Origin: Amoebophrya sp. A120 | Taxonomy: Eukaryota; Protista; Dinoflagellata | Reading direction: 5' to 3' | Assembly: GCA_905178155.1 (NCBI GenBank) | Contig: CAJINV010000006.1 | Location: 4,285,760-4,349,759 of the forward strand | Length of the DNA stretch: 64,000 bases | Shown: positions 58,001 to 64,000 of the stretch, piece by piece | Layout: every line of letters begins with the position of its first letter | How positions within the stretch are numbered: the first letter of the stretch is position 1 | Position numbers and translations under genes: made by a program | The notes under the pieces: generated by a model | What the model was told of the DNA's origin: nothing | Seen by the model: the letters and a program-made list of their open reading frames with translations, nothing else | Databases searched by the model: none

Positions 58001-61000
58001 TCTTTGCTATTCACGATTGAAGATCTGTGATGCTGATACATGCAAGAGAGCGAGTGTTTCCTTTGGAAAGGTTTGCAATACAAATGCTTGAAGTTCATCT
58101 GGGGTGGGGGCATCTTTCATTGTCATAAAAAAGCACATGCGCATGATCTCTGCCAGCGACATGTCGCCGGTGCCGCTGTATTGTGAGGAAAAATCCCCCC
58201 TCCCCACAGTGCTCAAAACGGAAATCTGTATTGCTGATTTGTGACCACAGATCGTCTCTCTCTTGCAAGAAGGCAACTACGTCAGAGGTGTCCGTCGCAC
58301 TGCGCGGCGGATTTCTGATGCTGTTGGACCTTCATGGCAGCCGTCTAGCATGCGAAACAGAGACTATACGCAAACAGCCCCAGCACAACTCAGGCTTGCA
58401 ACCTGCCTGCGATTCCATCCTGCAAGACAAAGCGAATTCGTGGACACCAATCCAGCAACAGAAATTTCCGTTTCAAGATGGGGACGAGGGATTTTTCATT
58501 TTCATAGGCTCCTGCCGGGTGGTCGGGTGTCGAAATCAGCTTCTTCAAGTAGGTCGAGAACGAATTTGAGCTCCGCGGGAACGGGAACAAACAAGTCCAT
58601 GACGAACCAGTCCTTGACAGACGAATCAACGCAGCAGGGCGGTGGAACGACGTTGCAAGACCACGCTTTTCCCGAAATGGAGCAGCAAGACGGGCGGGGA
58701 ACGAACTATATATGCAATGCAAAAGCATCGTGCTCGTATAAATGCATTACAAATTTCCTCTGCGTGGTGAGAAATAAAATCTGTAATGCGGATTTACCTT
58801 GCCAAAGAAATTTGTAACGCATGATTGCAATTACTACGACTACGAGTACGAGTACGATAGTTTTGCACAGCATACTACAATCGGTTTAGCAACGACAACA
58901 TGCAACAGGGGCAGCAAAGTGCTGGACAGCATAGTCTATCAAATGTAAAAATGTCTGGGTCTGGAAGAATGCATGTTTGTCATGCTTGTCTGGCATGACT
59001 CTTGAATCTGTCATGCAAGTTACCCAAGAGCCCCATTTTTCTGTGATGCAGAAGCGCACTTTGTCATGCAGAATAGGCAACACCTGGAAGCTCAGAAACT
59101 TGTGATGCTGAGCCAGCATTTCTGGCCTCATCATGAGACGCCACCCAGCATCACAAGTTTCCAGACCCAGACATTTTTACATTTGATATAGTCAACATAT
59201 GAAGAAATCCAGCTCTGCAGGGACCACAAATTCAGCTCCTATCAAACGCAAAAATGTCTGGGTCTGGAAGGATGCGAACTTGTGATGCATACTTGGATCA
59301 CACAAAAATCTGTCATGCTTAGACAGCAAAGGGAGCTTGCTCCTTTTCCTGTCGCCGAAAGAAGATGCTTGTCATGCGGATTAAGCATTGCGAAACTGTC
59401 TCAAAACCTGCGATGCTAGGCCTTGCATGGCACACCTTCTGTGTCAAGCAGACACAGCATCACAAACCTCAGCAACCTTCCAGACCCGGATATTTTTGCA
59501 ATGTATAGCTCCTTCGACGAGACAACAACAGCTGAGTTCCGCTGGCGGCGGAGCGAACAGTGCAACTACCGGGAATAATGCGATGGAGCTCATTCCCTTG
59601 CAGGAAGACCAGCAGATGACAATGATCTCCGAGACAACGACAATTATCAACCGGTCCGCAACTATGGAACTGTCAGGATCGAAATCAACAAAATCGAAAT
59701 AATTTGTGATGCATAAAATAGATACCAGTTGGAGCCTCAGTTTCCAAGTGGCGCATGACAAATTTCAGGAGCTGCACCAAAATCCAGTCTGTCATGCTGT
59801 TTGGGCAAAGAAGGCTGCTCCTGTCGTGCTACTCTGGCAGCACATCGCCTTCCCCTAAACAGGCTTGCATCGGTCTCATTTGCCTGCTCCCCAACACAGG
59901 CCTTACTTGCCCAACATTTTATGCATTACAAAACTTTTCGAATTTATCGCTTTCGATCCTGACACATCCATAGCAACCGCACCGACCAAAACTACTGCCG
60001 AAGAGCCGCCAAAGGAATTCGACTACGCCGCTTTTGTATCGCAAGAAAAAACTGTTCCACTGTGAACTTGTGATGCATAAAATGGAAGATTGAACTATTT
60101 GTCTTGCTACTTCTGCAAGGCATCGGATTTTTAAGCGTGTTTTCCCTATGGGAAATGCGCGCACGGCATGTGTAACAAACTTGTGATGCAGATCTTGCAA
60201 AATGAAAATTATCACAGTGAAGCAGTTTTTTCGTGGGATAGTTTAAGAAGAAGCAGCAAGCACCAAGCACTGCGCCAACAACGCTAACCGACACGAAAAA
60301 CCAGAACAATCCAGGGTTCAGTCGGAAGTCCCACATTGTTGACCACCCATATCGTACGAAAAAAGTGTTTCACTGAAAGGATTTTGCAAGTTTTGCATCA
60401 CAAGTTTGTTCTGCATGACAGAGAAAATTTGCCCTGCGAGATTTCCAAGGGAAAGCACCGCTAAAGATCCATTGTCTTGCATGTGTGGCAAGACAAACAC
60501 TTCTGAGATACATTTTCTGCATTACAAGTTCACAGTGAAACAGTTTTTTCTTGCGATAACCCGAAACGGTGGACCAATCGGTACGGGCACGTGGATCCGA
60601 AAACGCCGAAGCAGTTTCGCGACTCGTTTGACGGATTCGGGTTGTTTTCTACGGAGCATTTGATCATGCAACAGGAGTGGAAGATCCCGCCCGGTACGGG
60701 GGAGGACGACTTTTCCCAATCGAAATGGCGATCGTCCGGTGCACCGCCCAATTGGGTCGACCCGAAGAAGGCGCTGCAGAAGAAGAAGGACAACATGATC
60801 ATCGAAATGAAACTGTTCCGGGATTTATCAACTTCAAATATGTCTGGGTCTGGAAACTTGTAATGCTGAGCTGTGAGAAGCAAGTAGTGAATTCTCTGTA
60901 ATGCACAGCCAAGCATGAGAAATCTTTGCGCTGCTTAGTGTTACGCTTTCCGCATGACAAAGTGCGTTTTGCATGACAAGCAAGAAGGTCTCTTCTTGGA

Positions 61001-64000
61001 CACGCATCACAAACTCTTCCGTCATGCCAAGCAAGCATGACAAACCTTGCATCCATCCCGACCCAGACATATTTGCAATGCATAGGATTTTCTGGAGTCC
61101 AAATACGGGGCGTACGGCTATGAAGGGATGGAGCGGATTATCCTGAGGCAAAACGATCCCACCCCATAGTCAAGATGGGAAATCTGCTACACAAATCCCT
61201 AAGCTTTGGCTGTCGCGCATGACAAATTTGGGCTTGCAATGTACTTTCGTGTTTAGCTTGTGCAGCAGCGTACCAGATCCAGTTTGTCATGCTGATTCGA
61301 GCATGACAAATCTCACAGCACCACCGGGAAACGCCTCTCATCCTCATGGGTCTCCGCAAGAGAAACACTTCAAGCATGCAGATTTGCATTACAACTCTGG
61401 GGTGGGGACGTTTTCGCACAGGATACGGATCTTCAAAATGATGGACACGAACAGCTCTGTATCAAATGCAAATATGTCTGGGTCTGGAAGGATGCAACTT
61501 GTGATGCTGCCTTTGGACTCTACATAAAATCTGTATTGCGTGAACAGCACAAGAGGTGTAATTTGTGCTACGCGTATGGCGGACGCAGAAACTTTTCTTC
61601 AAGAAACTTTTTTTTTTTACCCATGACCTCGGCCTGTGCATGATAGGCCTTGCAACTTTATATAACGGGTTTACGAAGGGAGTAGCAAGCCCTGCCACGG
61701 CTCATGCCAAGCCAATCGCGTAAGCACTTGCGAAGACGCTTCAGCAGCAACAGGTGCTGCGGGCTTTTGGTGTTCCGCTAGTCTTGGTCCCGTGTCCCTT
61801 TCATTCCCGCACGCCAGCGCCCGTCTTAATCGGGCTTGATGCTACCGGGGCACGCGCCTTCTTGCGCAGCACACGCTGTGCGGAGGCCACCTTCTGTGTT
61901 TCACCGAAGGAGCTGACAAGTGCGCCGCCTGAGGTCGCCATCCCCCTTCGAACGTATTCTGGCGACCCTTAGGGAGGGTAAAATACGGCCCAAATAGCGT
62001 TCTCAAGTGCGGGAAGGCTTCTGCGCCGTTTCCGGAAGCAACGTCGCGGAGAAGGGCGCTGCCGGCCCTTGGCCAATCTGCCAGAACCCAGCGCGACGCC
62101 GGCGACCGTGCGCATAGACAAACCAACCCGCACGAACGGCGCCTCTTGCGCAGAGTTGCCTCGTAGCTCGAAGATGTCCGACCTCGTCTTGAGGAGACAC
62201 GCCGAAAACACCAGAGGGGGGCCCCTCGGAGGGGGGTTGGGGGGGTGGGTTGCGCGACCCCCCCTGCGTCCATCATACCATGCGGGCTAGCAAAAAAAGG
62301 GGGTCCCGAAGGGGGGGGGGTTTACTCCCCCCCTCCGGGGCCCCTCGAGCCGGCATTTTTGCGCTGCCCAAAAGGATTTCCCGTTGTCTGCGTTGCCGCC
62401 AGGCCGGGCGAAAGACCTGGGGGCTTAGGGCAGTGTGGGGAAGCCCGGCGGAAGAAAGCCCACTGCGCGCGGGGCTCTGCGAGGTTTTTCTCGTTCTAAG
62501 CTAGAGCGCCTCCACGCCGCTAAACCTCGGCGGGGCCCCGCAGAACAGCAGCAGAGAAGATTCAAAGCAACGCCCGTCCTTTCCTCTGTTTCGGGGGTAG
62601 TGAGGTGATGCGCCCAAGCCATGACAGCCCGTCGGCACCTCTCACACTGCTAACGCGTAGCTTTGGTGGCACGAGGAGCCGGCGATAGTGCCTGCTCTCA
62701 CAGTAGCCATCACCCCCTGCGGCAGGACCCTCGCCGCACGCACAGACCCTGAGAGGCCGCTTTCCAATTGGTCGCCGAATGCCTGAGCGGCTCAGACTGT
62801 TCGTCCTGGGTTCTCTTTCTAAGCCGGAGTCAAGGAATGGCTGCGCTAGCGGTTAAGCCGTCCTATCAAGAGGGGGCCGGCGGCAGGCGAGCAAAAATCG
62901 ACGGTAGGGCCCGCGCTTGGTATTAGGATGCACAGCTATGGGCAAAAAAAAAAGTTTTTTGAAAAAAAGTTTCTGCGTCCGCCATAACGTGGAGAGGAGA
63001 TTTCTCAAGCGTTATGAGCATCAGAAAGCCCTCGCAAAATCTCTGATGCTGGGGCATGCATCACAGACCTCATGGGTCATGCAAAATCTGCATGACAAAC
63101 AACTGCACTCGCCCAGACCCAGACATTTTTGCAATCCATAGTCCGACCGGTTGGGCGTTTCCGCGTTTACCGCGGCCTTGCAATCGACTCTGAAGTACCC
63201 CGACGATGGCTCGATTTCCTTCAACGCACAGAGAAGACGGGTGAATCTGTTTCTCATCATGGATTTGGACGGAATGGGGAGCTTGGATCGGTACAGAGTT
63301 GTACTACAGTTTTGTTTCAGTATCTTGTTGTGATCATGTAGTTGTCATTCTGCAACGCAAATCGCTTTTCGTTTGCGTTTCCCGCATGACAAATTCATCT
63401 AGCCTCGATGATTAAAAAAAAGGTACGAATTCTGCCGTGGTTTGACCCAGCAGCTGGACGCCGGAGTGAATCTGGACGAGAAATTATTGCAATGAAAAAT
63501 GCCCCCACCCCGGAACTTGGGAGCATTTGTATTGCAAACCTTTCCAAAGGAAACACTCGCCCTCTTGCATGTATCAGCGTCGCAGATTTTCAATCGTGAA
63601 TAGCAAAAATTTGTATTGCAAAAGATCCCAGCAAGAGCGGCGCTTGTCATGCAAGCGGCGCTTTATACGACAAGACTCTGCATCATGAGAAAGATTCATA
63701 GTGCTTTCATGCATGGCAAAAAGTTTTCATTTGGAAACTTCGCGTCACAAACTACTGCAAAATTCGGGGTGGGGGCATTTTTCACTGTGATAGAAATTCA
63801 CCCGCCGCCTCCAGCGGTGGGGTAACGAGAAATCGAAGTGGGTTTTGCTGGCGAAGGGGGCGAAAAATTTGAAAAAACCACCGCGGAAAACGTGGCACGA
63901 TTCTTTGTCCATCGTGAAGCCCGAGAACCTATTGAGAGGAAAAATCCCCCTTCCCCATATTGAAGAGGCATCTTTTCGAAAATTGATGTTGCTGATTTGA
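55092..64000 (+). CDS. 3'-partial EF-hand calcium-binding protein (two EF-hand pairs); 20 introner introns and 1 GT-AG intron within the window
   Basis: EF loops DRNNNNLVSMIEF, DKDGSGELTFEEF, DTNSSDRLGVSAF (degenerate) and DLDGMGSLDRYEF appear after splicing. Elements removed: 55590-55698, 55727-56054, 56151-56359, 56513-56841, 56902-57056, 57205-57357, 57471-57767, 57810-58127, 58179-58506, 58711-58874, 58937-59188, 59240-59507, 59663-59972, 60037-60240, 60350-60558, 60826-61084, 61139-61425, 61460-63140, 63485-63792. GT-AG intron 63291-63422. A further element starts at 63930. Confidence 0.85.
61575..62986. mobile_element. 1.4-kb non-autonomous TIR DNA element nested inside family A introner 61460-63140
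   Basis: About 50-bp TIRs TATGGCGGACGCAGAAACTTTT...CCCAT and TSD ACGCG/ACGTG. It splits the family A internal sequence CTACGCGGAGAGG. The interior is GC-rich with no credible ORF. Confidence 0.9.

Noticed and set aside
61754-62622. ORFs inside the 1.4-kb nested TIR element as a transposase
   Set aside because: They are short, overlapping and GC-driven, with no DDE-like motif.
4-63825. Hundreds of short ORFs containing CKNVWVWK, PDPDIF, FQTQT, MSGSG or CHA/VMQ/HDK
   Set aside because: They are translations of introner TIRs and the TGTNWTGC motif in various frames, not proteins.
1-64000. Dinoflagellate spliced-leader (CCGTAGCCATTTTGGCTCAAG), tRNA or rRNA genes
   Set aside because: None was recognised by eye. 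A covariance-model scan would be needed to exclude divergent copies.

Overview
This is eukaryotic, protist-like DNA. Eight protein-coding genes all lie on the + strand. Six of them are interrupted by about 90 short (about 110-350 bp) non-canonical intron-like elements, together roughly a third of the window. Nearly every element starts TAT, ends ATA, carries family-specific terminal inverted repeats (TIRs) and is flanked by a 5-bp direct repeat (TSD). Removing an element plus one TSD copy restores the reading frame and rebuilds recognisable proteins. The genes are a membrane protein (5' partial), a small Cys-rich protein, aldose 1-epimerase, a hypothetical protein, a SPATA17-like IQ protein, a Cid1/TUT-family nucleotidyltransferase, a pepsin-family aspartic protease and an EF-hand protein (3' partial). 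A ninth gene, an intronless DUF285/BspA-type protein, also lies on +. This architecture matches the invasive introners known from the parasitic dinoflagellate Amoebophrya; the taxon is inferred, not proven. Less familiar observations: (i) unrelated element families share an internal TGT[ACG][AT]TGC motif at helically phased offsets; (ii) near-identical elements sit in both orientations in coding sequence; (iii) many GT-AG introns look like aged introners. A 3.7-kb intron of the protease holds two diverged copies of a ~350-nt structured module. Both copies are interrupted at the same 39-bp site by non-coding cassettes flanked by 41-52-bp direct repeats, a candidate undescribed site-specific element/ncRNA system. 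Gene models were reconstructed by hand, without RNA data or database searches.
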